A DNA stretch of 61,689 nt, the filler included, from Globobulimina sp. (Eukaryota), in the NCBI GenBank assembly GCA_003354225.1. It is 9 parts of 9 records of this genome, joined end to end, with 100 filler letters (N's around TTAATTAATTAA, not from the genome) between each part and the next. Parts side by side here need not be neighbours in the genome. Positions count along the whole stretch, not along the records: positions 1 to 6,790 come from PIVH01000238.1; positions 6,891 to 13,672 come from PIVH01000239.1; 7 more parts are not named here. One strand, given 5' to 3'. The notes under the pieces are model-generated. The model did not search any database. It saw nothing but the letters and a program-made list of their open reading frames with translations, and was not told the DNA's origin. Made by a program: the position numbers and the translations under genes. Below are positions 1 to 11,900 of the stretch, in pieces; positions within the stretch are counted from its first letter, which is position 1, and every line of letters starts with the position of its first letter.

Positions 1-394
1 ATTTGATCCAGACACAATAGCTTCGAATAAGGATAAGGATGAATCATATTTGATATCGAATAATATCATTGCATTTTTTAGTGAAATGGCGAGTCCTTTA
101 TTGAGCTTTGTGGATAAGAAAGTATTTGATAACGGAGTGAGCAAAGATGCAATGTGGAGGGTTTTAGAGGCAATAGATGTGGAACATGGCGCAGTTACCC
201 GATTTGTATGGGATATGTTAGCTAAAGTGGCTAAGAATGAATATAATACCAGTATGAATTCAGAACAATTAGGGAGAATATTTGGACCCTTAATGACAAT
301 GAGCAAACAGGATATGAATAATGATATGTTGACCGCATCAAAAATGATTGTTTGTTGGAGGAGAGGTATTGATTGGAGAATGGATAAACTTTGA
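1..394 (+). CDS. RhoGAP-like domain, 5'-truncated fragment
   Basis: MLAKVAKNEYNTSMNSEQLGRIFGPLM resembles the C-terminal RhoGAP motif (L..V......N.M...NLA.VFGP.L); lies at the contig start. Confidence 0.5.
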   Translation, partial: FDPDTIASNKDKDESYLISNNIIAFFSEMASPLLSFVDKKVFDNGVSKDAMWRVLEAIDVEHGAVTRFVWDMLAKVAKNEYNTSMNSEQLGRIFGPLMTMSKQDMNNDMLTASKMIVCWRRGIDWRMDKL

Positions 395-623
395 TGTTGA
401 CTGCTGAAGCAGTTTTACAACTTTTTTTGAAATGGCTATATCCGAACCTTCCTGAAAGAGCTGTGATAGGGCTCACCACCCTTTGTATAATCGTAAAAGC
501 TTAAATATTAAAGTTTTCTGTTCACTTCTCGTGTCACTCAAATTAGAAAAGTCTAATCCTTTCACATTTCGCAGCCAAGATCATATTAATTGCCAATCAG
601 TTTAGCGATAAGATACAGGTTGA

Positions 624-1097
624 ATGATGTCAATAATATTCATAGTAGCATTCATTATAATTGGTACAGTAAATGGTGGCAGTTTTAAAGTTAAAGCCAA
701 AACAGAAATGTCGCTTAAAGTTAAAACTTTCTGGCGCTTAAAGATGAAAATATTGTGTACATATTCTGGCGGCACTCATGTTAAATATTGTTGGGTGCAC
801 CAATACAATAACAAATGCAATGTGGAATATGCTGATGATAAATGTACAGAGTTAGAAGTGCGTTTTGATCATTTATGGGTAGACGTTTATCCCCCATCCA
901 GTCAGTCATATACGTCGAGTGAAGGCAGTGGACCAATACGTTGGGAGGAAGATAATAGTTCAAAAAACAAATGGACCGTCACCCCGGCATCTGGCAGTTA
1001 TATTAACAAAGCGCAATGTTTCAAAGTTACGGATGCTGGCTTTGGCACACTGTTTCATCAAATTGATAAAAGAACTGATCATACCGATTGTAATTAA
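624..1097 (+). CDS. Small secreted cysteine-containing protein, unknown function
   Basis: 157-aa ORF with hydrophobic signal peptide MMSIIFIVAFIIIGTVNG and six Cys. Confidence 0.6.
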   Translation: MMSIIFIVAFIIIGTVNGGSFKVKAKTEMSLKVKTFWRLKMKILCTYSGGTHVKYCWVHQYNNKCNVEYADDKCTELEVRFDHLWVDVYPPSSQSYTSSEGSGPIRWEEDNSSKNKWTVTPASGSYINKAQCFKVTDAGFGTLFHQIDKRTDHTDCN

Positions 1098-1280
1098 TCG
1101 GTAAGATAATATGAATCGATCCGCAAATTCGCAACGTATTTCGCAACGCATATTTCAAATTATCCTCGCACACCAGGCAGTATCTGAAAACCGTTGGAAA
1201 ATGATGAAGAGTTTTTCATTTTTATTAGAACAGTAGTTTTTCAACACACAAAAAAAAGAAATTAAATAATCGAACATTTT

Positions 1281-4122
1281 TTATGATGGAAATAAATGGT
1301 TTTGTTGTATTAATCTCTGTTTAGCATTGACGTTTTGAGAATAATGACTGTCCACAATATTACTTTTAATTGAAGAATCATTCATATTTGTAATTAACAT
1401 TTGTTTTTGTTTATCAATCATTGCTTTACGAAGTTGTGTGCTGACTAATAATTCAAATTCTTGATCATTTCCCAAACATCCAAAAGCACACAACATCATA
1501 ATAATTAATCCAAACGAACATAATAAAATTAATGCAAAAATAAATGTTATCTCACTCTTGTTTGATTCTTGTTTTTTGGCCATGGGTTGTTTTGGTTTAA
1601 TCATTTTTGTTGTATCTGTCAGATTTATTGCTTTATCATTTATATCTGGTTGCAATGGAATAAATTGCTCATCAACATCGTCGTCATCATCAGCTGTATT
1701 ACATCCATCGCCTGCAATATGCTGAGTCACTCTTATTTTAGTATATGGGATGGGATACGGTCGAACCCTCGAAATCATTCCAGTAATTTCCCATTGAATA
1801 TTAACATTAATGCCACCAAACGCACAGTCAAATAATGCTCTAAATTTTAGCGATTTGGTGCGTCTTCTTTGCAATATTGCTGTATTTGCTGACCATATAA
1901 ATCGGGTTGGTGAAAATTGAAAATCATCACATTTTGGTGTCAAAATAATATCTGTTTCTTGTTTATCTTTATCTGGAAATCTACTGATTGATATTTTATA
2001 AGTGTCGCTCCACTCATTATTATACACAGTGACACCCTTCAATTCCTTGGGAATTCTAATTGTGAATGTTCTCGCTTGTTGTATATTTATTTGTAATTGC
2101 GATGGTGGAGTGGGAAATAAATTTAGTAAACTTCCATATGGTTCAAATACCATTGCATAGGTTCCTGGCGCCCGTGCTGTAACACACCACTTTTTGACAT
2201 ATTTTCGAAATGAAAGGTCTCGAACTTCTGGGAATCGCAAGACATTTTCTTCCAAAACCAGGCCACCTTCACTTCCTAAATATTTTAATAGTAATTTTAT
2301 ATAAAATTTCTTTCCATCAGCTGGCCATTCCTCCATTTTAGCTTCAATCGATCCACATTTTGTCTCGCCAATTTGGAAGAAATTTGCAAATCGAAATTGA
2401 TCAATTACAGAATGCTTAAAATATCCAGGTTTCGGCATTTCGACATACCATTCTTGTTTGTAAGTTGTTTTCAATGCACCCCATTCACAATGGGAATATT
2501 TTGGCCTTCTCGCTTCGTACATGTTTGATGTCTCACATTCTCCATCTCGGCTTTCTATGTCTTGTGCCAAATAATCATTTTTCTCCGATTCAAACATTTT
2601 GAAATAATATAAATACCACTTATGCCAGGCACCGCTTGTTATTATTTTATATTCAAACTTATATTTTATACCGTGTTGCACTTTTCGTGTTGGTTTAATT
2701 GTCATTGATTTCTTCCTCATTCCCTTCCCAAACACCACTGTATTCGATCCATATATTGCTGAAATTATTGGATTTTGATAAGTAATGATTTTGAAATCTT
2801 TGCGATTTTGCAGAATATTTAATTGAAATTCAATTTGTTCACCGAAAAATAAATCCCATCCATCCATAAAAAAAGGCGCTCTCCATCTATTTGCACAATA
2901 ACCGCCAATACCACATAACCGCTCCAATGATAGGCGTAATTTTATATTTTTATTTTTTTTTATTAAATTTGGTATTTTCGCGTCATTCATTCCTAAAGAA
3001 TGTACAAACTTATTTTTAAATTCCATTCTTACTCTGCCCAACCTTTCCGACGATTCCATTGAAACAAATTTTACAAATTCGTGATTAAATGCATATTTTC
3101 CTTTATGTATATCATCAAATTCCCGTTCGCAGACAACACCACATTTAGTATTATCATATTGAGAGTAATGTAATATTGGTATTATACTTAAGGGGATGTT
3201 GTTTGTTCTTTGTTTTATATTTAAATTAATTTCAAGATATTTAGTTAGCCATAAAAATGATTTATAGGCTGTATAAATCTTTGATATTTTATTAATTGCG
3301 CCAACACCATTTATTCCCGGATGCATATTTTGAATAAATTTAGGATTTATTTTAAGTTTATATGTTTCAGAGTTTCTACTAAATATTGACGAGGACCATT
3401 CCAAATTCCATTTGCTAGATCTTCCAAAGGCTTTGGGTCCGATACGATACATATCTTTATTTTCCGTCACACACCGAGCCATTTCGTTATTATCACCATC
3501 ATTCTCATTCTCATTCTCATCATCATCATCATTATCATTATCATTATTTAATTTTTTACGTAATTTTTTAGCTTTATTGATTGCACAAAATATTCGTAAC
3601 TGCGCTTTAATATATCTTGTATAAAATATATTTCTTGTAAACCATCTCGGTCTTACTAATAATAAATGTGTTGGTATATCCCCAATACCATAAGCAACAT
3701 CATAACTATTCATTGACTGCCATTCATTATTTTTATTTATTAGCCTTTGTAAAGGAAGATCGACCACTCGCATTTGGAATATACCACATGGAATATTTGA
3801 TTTTTCCATTGTTGCTTTGATGTACGACCTAAATATGATTTACATGCATTAATCACATGGATAGAATGGCAAGAAACAAATATATGACCATTCATACGGC
3901 CAAATTGTATTTTCAGCATTTTTGGCAAAAAATTCAATTGATCTTTGCTCTGCAAGTTCTTTCTCTGCAATTTATTGAAAATATACAGTTAATTTCAATT
4001 TTTCCGAGTAATATATCAAAACTTATACTTTCTTTACATGGCTTTTCTTTTCGTTTCTTGTTCTTTTTGCCCGCCAAACAACTGTTAAACACTAAAAAAA
4101 GGAAAAGGAGGTAAGTTTTCAT
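1281..4122 (-). CDS. Type I membrane protein of unknown function (signal peptide, large ectodomain, one C-terminal TM); two short 5' introns
   Basis: Signal peptide MKTYLLFLFLVFNSCLA at 4122; two GT-AG introns (~4027-3966 and ~3898-3829) join it in frame to the 842-aa ORF (...TIWP|SYIKATMEKS); TM ITFIFALILLCSFGLIIMMLCAFGCL near the C-terminus. Confidence 0.7.
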
Positions 4123-4188
4123 GAAGCCTAGTGTGTAGTTACTATTTTGTTAGTTCAAACGATTTTATTCATGCTTTAAAGTCAAACA

Positions 4189-4512
4189 ATGTTGGATCAT
4201 TTTGTAGGAGGTTGCTGCTTCTTTGGTGCCATAGCAGTATGGATATTGTATAGTTTTTGGTTAATCATTCTGGTGTGTCAATGTGTCATTTTATTATTAA
4301 AAATCGTTGATATGACCTCCAGAATAATAATTTTTTAGCCAATTACAGAGAAGGAAAGTAAATTAAAAGGCTTATTACCAGATCCAAAATGGGGGATTTC
4401 TTTTATGATTTGCATATTTGTTGTAGTGTTAAGCATTATTATGGTTGTACTCTCATTTCTATTTATATACTATGCGTTATATCCACACCAAATCGAAACA
4501 AAACGGAAATAA
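4189..4512 (+). CDS. DPM2: Dolichol-phosphate mannose synthase regulatory subunit 2 (two exons: 4189-4272, 4339-4512)
   Basis: Spliced product MLDHFVGGCCFFGAIAVWILYSFWLIIL|PITEKESKLKGLLPDPKWGISFMICIFVVVLSIIMVVLSFLFIYY...TKRK; ~85 aa, two TMs and the D..VG / Y..W...LP / LP pattern of DPM2; 66-nt GT-AG intron. Absent from the ORF track. Confidence 0.7.
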
Positions 4513-4932
4513 TGAATTCATGATCATTCAACGCGAAAGAGATAAATAGAACAAGTGAACAAACCCCTAATGAAGTTCTCGAAAAACATTTTTTTTATAC
4601 TGACGTTAGGATTTTAGGATTGCTTGATTTGCTAATTTTGCTTCGAAATATGTAATAAAATTATTCCAAGATTCAACCAAAATATAATGGTTGAAAGAAA
4701 TGGTGGTTGGAATATTGACATTTTATAAAGATGTTGATATCGGATTTGATATTCGAAGGGTGACACATTTAATCACATATGATGACTGAGATTTGTTCTG
4801 ATTATCGTAGTTTGTTGTTGGTAACAATGGATTTTTATCCATTTTAATTGTTTCTAGCTCTGTTTCTAGTCAGCGCAGACATTATTATCCAAAAATAGTT
4901 TGGTTTTTTGGCAGTTGATATATTTTCCAACC

Positions 4933-6790
4933 ATGGCATGTCAATCAGCGTTATTATCGTTAGTATCTCTGATCTTATCCTCACTGCAAACGCCATCCCA
5001 ATCACAACGTTAAAAAATCTTTGTTTTCGCCAATACAAATACGTACAAATTAAAAACGCCAAACCACCAACAAACATAATTACTGTAAACATAGATATAA
5101 CCGTAATATTACCTGAATACATCTCTATAAACGATCCATTGGACTTATCCTCGCCATGCAGTACACCATTTGTTAACTGCATAGTGAGTCCCTGCTGGGC
5201 TGCCACCTGCACTGCCTATCCAAATGCAATATGTACTGATAATTATTGCGGTGGATGCAATGCAATATATCACGACGAAAACGGCAATCACTTAACCCCT
5301 CAAATGTGTACACGCGATGCTGTCATTGCTGTACCGCTTGCTCTCCCCATTGCCACTTCTCCCACACCGCCTCAACCATTGCCATCCGCATCTCCATATT
5401 GCTCCCACCCCTTAGGTTGGGTATATTGCTCACCCGCACCGTGTTTAGTGCTAAGCTGTCCATATTACCCCAATGCATTATGTATAAACACTTACTGCGG
5501 CCAATGCACGGCTAATTTTTACGACGCAAACAACAACAAATTAAGCCAACAACAATGCGGTACACAATCCACCACTCCATATCCAACAAGAAAGCCGATC
5601 CCAGCTCCAACAATCTGTCCTATGGGAGTTAACACCGTAAACTGTATAGTAAGTCCGTGCTCAGTGACAAACTGTCCCTCATATCCAAATGCAGTCTGCA
5701 GCAATAATTATTGCGGCGTCTGCCAAGCTGTATGGCATAACAACGGTGCTCTAGTAACCACGCAACAATGCAATAATCCCAATGGACTGCAGGAGCTACC
5801 AAACGGTCCATTTTGTGCCTTAGGATGGCACACTTGTTCGCCAACACCGTGCTCCCTCTCCAAATGTCCCGCATACCCTCAAGCCTCCTGCTATGACAAT
5901 TATTGTGGCACTTGTCAGGCTGTATGGCATATCAATGGTGCTATATTAAGCAATGCGCAATGTCCACCGCCAACACTCGCACCCACAAAAAGTCCAACCA
6001 TGGACCCAACCATGGCACCCACAAAGAGCACAGCCAATCCATCATCGGCACCAACGTCATCACCTACACCCACACCAACTGCAATGCCATCCCTCCCACC
6101 AACCCCTGGCCCCACTCCCTACCCAACACCATCACCTACACGGCCACCCACAGCCAGACCAACTACACCCAGACCAACGCCACGTACACTAAATCCAACG
6201 CCAAGGCCAACCTTGCCACCCAATTATGTGATTACACCGCAACCACGACTTATATCACCCTTTTGCGCAGCTGGCTGGGTCAATTGTTATCCTCCACCGT
6301 GTGCCACTTCGAGTTGTCCGGCACGCCCACTTGCAACCTGTGTGAATAATTATTGTGGACGTTGTTCTGCGATATGGTTGGAGGCCAATCAGTTAATGGT
6401 GACTGCGGAACAATGCAACCCGACACCACCGCCAACTTCAAAACCCACACCCAAACCTACAGCAAAACCCACACCAAAGCCAACAGCAAACCCTTCAACA
6501 TCTCCGATCACACAACGACCCACAGCAAACCCAACAAAAATGCCTATCACAAATCCAACCACAAATCCGACAAAAGCACCTATCGCAACACCATTAGTCA
6601 TCACACCAACACCGACACAAATACTCACGGCAGATCCAACAAAAGCACCTATCACAAATCCAACAAAAGCACCTGTCACAGATGCACCATCCGCAACGGT
6701 GCCGGTTGTTGTAGCACCACAAAGTACAACGAGTAGCACTGGGATCCCGACGAGTAATCCAATCATAGCACAGATAGTTACTGCGGCGCC
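4933..6790 (+). CDS. Secreted Cys-repeat plus Pro/Thr mucin-like protein (3' truncated)
   Basis: Exon 1 (4933-5008) encodes signal peptide MACQSALLSLVSLILSSLQTPSQSQ; intron 5009-5094 joins in frame to the 644-aa ORF; five CxxxPCxxxxCxxxPxAxCxxxYCGxCxA modules with PT-rich linkers. Confidence 0.8.
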
Positions 6791-6890
6791 NNNNNNNNNN
6801 NNNNNNNNNNNNNNNNNNNNNNNNNNNNNNNNNNTTAATTAATTAANNNNNNNNNNNNNNNNNNNNNNNNNNNNNNNNNNNNNNNNNNNN
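6791..6890. other. Artificial contig-joining spacer (N-run + TTAATTAATTAA + N-run); also at 13673-13772, 20555-20654, 27429-27528, 34292-34391, 41152-41251, 48003-48102, 54850-54949
   Basis: Each spacer is 100 nt and contains a six-frame stop cassette; contig lengths never increase (6790, 6782, 6782, 6774, 6763, 6760, 6751, 6747, 6740). Confidence 0.98.
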
Positions 6891-6908
6891 AACATAACTA
6901 GCCCAAGT

Positions 6909-7004
6909 AAAGTTGGAATTATGCTAACCTGGGTAAGAGGGAAACAAACTATCAAAGCAAAGTTTGAACATGCTAAGCTAGAGTAAAGGGAAAACCCTAC
7001 AAAA
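6909..7004 (+). repeat. Imperfect ~48-bp tandem duplication near the left end of the Polinton-like contig
   Basis: AAAGTTGGAATTATGCTAACCTGGGTAAGAGGGAAACAAACTA vs AAAGTTTGAACATGCTAAGCTAGAGTAAAGGGAAAACCCTA. Confidence 0.6.
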
Positions 7005-7412
7005 TAGAAGCATGACATACCATTGTAGAAACTTGGACATTACCACCTGAGTCCTCCAACACCCTAACCAAGGGCTGATGAACCATATACCATCCAGAGA
7101 GAAAAGAGAGAGGAGCAGAGAACGCAAATTTTGAACCAACTGATGGTGGAGCTCTGGGATCGGAGGCTATATAGTTGAGAACTAGATAGTTATCAGAGCG
7201 TGCAATCAGGTTACTCCATTGTTCAAAATTTGTTCAAAAGAGAATGTTATCAATATATCAAATTTTAAACCAATTACAGTGACAGCTTTAACCTATTTCA
7301 CTGACAGCTTCATACATCAAAATTCTGTCGGTAGCAACTTCAAAGAGAATTCCAAACTTTCAGCAATCCATCAATTCCTATCACGAGTGGCTAGTCTGAC
7401 AGTTTGGTTATA

Positions 7413-7445
7413 ACGTCAGATGACGTGTTTTTGGCCTATATATAT
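7413..7445 (+). promoter_or_regulatory. CRE-like palindrome plus TATA box
   Basis: ACGTCA-GA-TGACGT perfect inverted repeat (7413-7426) followed by TATATATAT (7437-7445), ~36 nt before the ATG at 7481. Confidence 0.5.
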
Positions 7446-7480
7446 CTGGCGCTTTTTCAGCCGACTCACTCTGACCAAAA

Positions 7481-7863
7481 ATGAAGGTTTTGTGTCCTAC
7501 TCGAATTCCGCCTATCCAATCCCAGGTAAGTTTAGTTAGTAACTTCTATCGAATACTGGTACACATCAAATCGAATTTTTATAGGAATCAATGGAGAAAA
7601 AATGGCTCTCCCTCACCAAAGTATGGACTTGGTCTATGGGTTGGATTGGATTGACCAGAGTGGCAATTGATAGGGCCCCAACTCAGTCAAAGTATGTTAC
7701 ACAGGTTAGTTTTCCAATTGCTAGCTTAAGAATAGAAAACCTCGTTTTTGGATTCATACACTAACCTTTTTACAATGAGAAATACTCTAGTTTTGATCAG
7801 ATAAACATAGCCACGACTGCAGTTCACAAAATTTTCTCAATTTGTGGGGTAGTGGTTTGTTGA
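7481..7863 (+). CDS. Putative small spliced ORF (~75 aa; exons 7481-7525, 7585-7704, 7801-7863)
   Basis: CAG|GTAAGT and CAG|GTTAGT donors, TTTTATAG and TTTTGATCAG acceptors, frame preserved, downstream of a TATA box; no recognisable domain. Confidence 0.3.
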
Positions 7864-8252
7864 ACTTGCGTTTCAGTTTAGCTAAAGACTAAGCAACAAA
7901 TGGGGTAAATCTGACTTAACTAAGTCTAAGCCGAAGCACAGCAAAAATGAAAAGTTACCTAAATGGGAGCTAAATTAATTGAGTAAAACTTAGATTCTAT
8001 TAGGCTCGTTAAAGATATGTACATTATATTAGAGGGAAAGGGCCAGTACAGCGATATAGAGCCGCAACAAAGTACATTAAAATATACGTAAAATGGTCGG
8101 ATTTAGTCGGACGAAATTGGTGGTCAATTGGCCTAGTTTTTGCGCAATTGAAATGGAGAGTTAAGGTCATAATTTTACGGAAGTCGTGTGTAGTGAATGG
8201 AAAATGGGGCAAACTAATATTTTATTTGAATTAATACACAGTACGTAATAAC

Positions 8253-8801
8253 TTAAAACCAATAGATCACGATCTGTTTAAGTTTATTTAATTGCTCTAA
8301 GGACATTTTACTTTCACCACTGAGAGCATAGAGCAATTTCGATTTTTCTCCAAAACAAGTCAATATCATTTTATACTGCAACACTTTGTAACAGCCTGTT
8401 ATATTTCCGGGGTAGTTATAATTCTTGCATAATACTACGCTGGGGTTTTCATCGGTGCACCACGATAGGAAATAACGCAGAAATTCCGCTTCTACTCGAT
8501 CGAAAATGTATACCTTTTGCCCAATATACAAACGTAAACTATGATATCTATGACTTTGACTGGAATTTTTGCACAATACGACTTTGGTCGTATGCTCTGA
8601 ATCTAAATATATCACTCGCTCATGGTAACACTTGTCTTTCGATTGTTTTTGGGGGAAATTTATTATTTGAATTAATAAAATTAACAAAATCAAACATAGT
8701 ATGGTACAAAATTTGCAATCAATTTGTGGCAAAAATTTGTTAACTTTTTTAAATTGAGATTTAGGGTCCGGATTTAAAGTTTCCATAGCTTCGGCTTCCA
8801 T
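8253..8801 (-). CDS. Element-associated 182-aa protein with N-terminal TM helix and Cys-containing domain (possibly degenerate tandem PC4-like folds)
   Basis: ATG-initiated ORF; TM FCTILCLILLILLIQII; TATATAAG ~36 nt upstream (8844-8837); AATAAA downstream (~8226-8221). Confidence 0.65.
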   Translation of the reverse strand: MEAEAMETLNPDPKSQFKKVNKFLPQIDCKFCTILCLILLILLIQIINFPQKQSKDKCYHERVIYLDSEHTTKVVLCKNSSQSHRYHSLRLYIGQKVYIFDRVEAEFLRYFLSWCTDENPSVVLCKNYNYPGNITGCYKVLQYKMILTCFGEKSKLLYALSGESKMSLEQLNKLKQIVIYWF

Positions 8802-8946
8802 GATTGTACACTAAACAAATTGATTGAACAATGGGGCTTATATACTGTTTACTCCAGGTACTGCATTTACAAACATTTACTGATTGCTGAGAAATCTATT
8901 TTTGTTTTAAATTTTATTACAAAGAACAACATATAACAATAACAAA

Positions 8947-11900
8947 TCATTCACTGTGTTCTAGTGATTCATCCAGTGGTTCAGTAAATATTAAATCGGG
9001 ACCCAATAATTTTCTTTTTATGTAAAAAGGTTGGAGGCCAATTCGTGTAGCTCGAGTTGTATAGATCCCAGTTTTGTTTTTCACTGTGCGAAATGAAATA
9101 TTAGTCGCCTCTACATGCCTTCCTTTGTACAGCGCTGCTTTGAACGTTTCAAATCGTAGAATGTTAGTGTTAGTTTTGGCCGATACCCCTTTTGCGGCGT
9201 GTTTGACCGTGTTTTCTGTTTCGTCCGACATTATGTAACATTTAGCAGAGAGCCCAATAAAGCCTTTGGCCTGTTTTTCGACTTTGAAAAGACCGGGCTG
9301 ACGTTTAGTGTAAGCTTCTCTTTCGGGGGTGCGATTGTCTACCAAGTATTTATACTTTTCCTGATTGTACTCGTGTTGTAAGTGGGGGTGCACTAAGCTT
9401 TCTGGGTTAGAATGACCCCAGCTGACAATAACGCTGTCTGTGTCGGATCCACATATAGCTAGTTTTGTGTGATCGAAATATTTTAAAACAAAACTGTGTA
9501 CAAATCTCAGCAAATTCAGCTTGGCAGCACCAAATACTGCAACTGCAATTTGTACTGGTAGATCGTAGTTTATAGTCCTTGGTTTTAACTCTACTTCTGA
9601 GTAATCACCAGCCAGTTCCAGATGGCTAACATATACTGGTCCATTGATTATATTGTTCACTTCGTTGTCAGTCACTATTCGATATGTGTTTCGTTTTAAA
9701 GGATTATATGCAAATTTTCCCCACGCGCTGGCTCCCAAATGTTTTGCCATGTTAGTCTTTACCGTGTTTCCCGTCCTGTCACCCTCTCTGCGATCATTTG
9801 CGATTTTTGTTTCATACTCTTTAAACGGGTATTGGTTTGCTTGGTATTGTATGACTTGTTGAACTTTAGTCACGTTTACTCCAATTTGACAAAGATATTT
9901 TAGCAGTGGGGTATACATCAATACTTGTTTTCCTGTCATGCAGGCTACGAGATTACATCTCGGTTTCATAAACTTAATACCATTTTCATCGCCTATTTTC
10001 AACACTTCGTTGCTTATCATGTTCCTATTGATGTTAAGATGACGAATAATAGGTGGAAACATTTTAAATTTCTCATAATTTGGATGATTTGGATCGCATT
10101 CCAGATCAACAAGTGCAAATCCAAAAATCTCACCCGATTTTAGTTTGTTAGCCATTGAGTTTTCACTTAGTTCATGAGTATTAGGCCCAAAACGTTGTGG
10201 ACCGAGCAACCATGTTTTTAGAAATTCTGCTAGTTCTCCACCCGTATTAATTTCTTCCAAGAATTCACATTCTTGTTTCACAAAAAGATTGGTATATTTT
10301 GATTGCCATATCTCGTTCCGTTTTTGTGTCTGTTCGCGCATTTGATTGTAGGTTTTCCCTGTCAGTTTACTTATCTGTTCACCATCAAGCTTGCCAACCT
10401 TGCAGTTTGGATTAACACATCCGTGTGATTCGCAGCCATCAAATTCAAAAATACTGTCAAGTTTGTGACAGTATCCGTCTGGTCGCATCTGTTGGCCACA
10501 GTTGTAGAAAACGTGTTCACCTCCATTTAATTTATGTCTAATCACGAATTTCATTTTCGATGCCATATAATCCATCCATTGGACCGCGGTTGTAGCTCGT
10601 TTTTCACCACACAGTTCTGGTTTAAATTTATGTTCTGCTTTTCTTACAAGGTATGGTCCTGCCGGCATTTCAGATGCTAAAGCTGCTAAATATTGGCTGT
10701 TGGAATCTAGGCTTTCGATCAACTCGGTTTTTGTTGATGAGTCTGGGCCAACCGTAGTAACACCCGCTTCTTGGTGGCGGGTAAAAATTTCAGCTAATCC
10801 TCCAGTTATACCTTTCTCTCTGAGCAAGTTCATAGTAACTTCATCGGGTAGTGAAAAATATATTTTTGGTGCAGTGGAAAGCAAATATGGAACTGCTGCA
10901 GATTGAATTGTGCAATGGTTACTGAATAAATCGATCTTTCTTTGATGCCATTGATTTTGTAAACATTCAACAGCGGGGATCATGCATAGACAGTCGATTT
11001 TCACATATTCCAGTAACCAATCATATAAAGTATGACATCGATTTTTATGCCACAACTTTACAAACTCTATATAGTTTTCAGCAATTTCAATTTCATTTTT
11101 GCCTAACACATTTCCATCGTCAATGTCAGAAGTAAAATCTGACACAGTCGGCAGTCCGATATCTTTCATATCATCGATACAATGGATTATTTTTAAGAAT
11201 TTGTATGGGAACCATGCTTTATCAACTTTCTCTTGCTGATCTTTCGCAAAATCCCTGACAAACATTCTCAGAGACACCGACTGACCACCCAAATAATTTA
11301 ATACATCTAGTATGCGAATTTTATTTGCTAATATAGCATCATAACGACTGGCTCCTTGTTTTAGCAGAAAAGTGATCCCCGGTTTTTGTTTCTTTTGTTT
11401 GCCACAAATAATCTCATCACTTAACTCAATTTCATCATCTTCGCTGTCGTTTACATTTATTTCTCCCTCTTCTCCATAATAGTTATTAGCATCACTACCA
11501 AATTGATTGAGCAATGGTAACAAATGTTCGCGCATCAGCGGGATATCGTATGAACGCCCATTAAACGACAATATATTAATTGTTTCCAAATGATTGTATA
11601 GTTGATTGCGAACATTTTGGAGACGTTTCATATACTGTACCTGTTTTGGTTTATTTTCAAGCAATTCAATCATACCATCGAGGTAATCGAAAATATATTT
11701 TGTTCTGCACAAATTTATTTCTCTTGCCATCAAACGCCACTGCTCAACTTGCTGTAAAAATTGTTTCAGATATTGGTCTGGCTGTTTTGGGTTCTCTTTA
11801 TTGATGAAAACCTTTGCGTTTTCTCCTGGAATATTTGTTGCCGCACAGAGAACTAACGGTTTGTGTTCATATTCATATAAAGTTTTAGCTGCGAACATGT

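Noticed and set aside
4844-5212. Minus-strand hydrophobic ORF
   Set aside because: Overlaps the signal-peptide exon and intron of the plus-strand Cys-repeat gene, which explains the region better.
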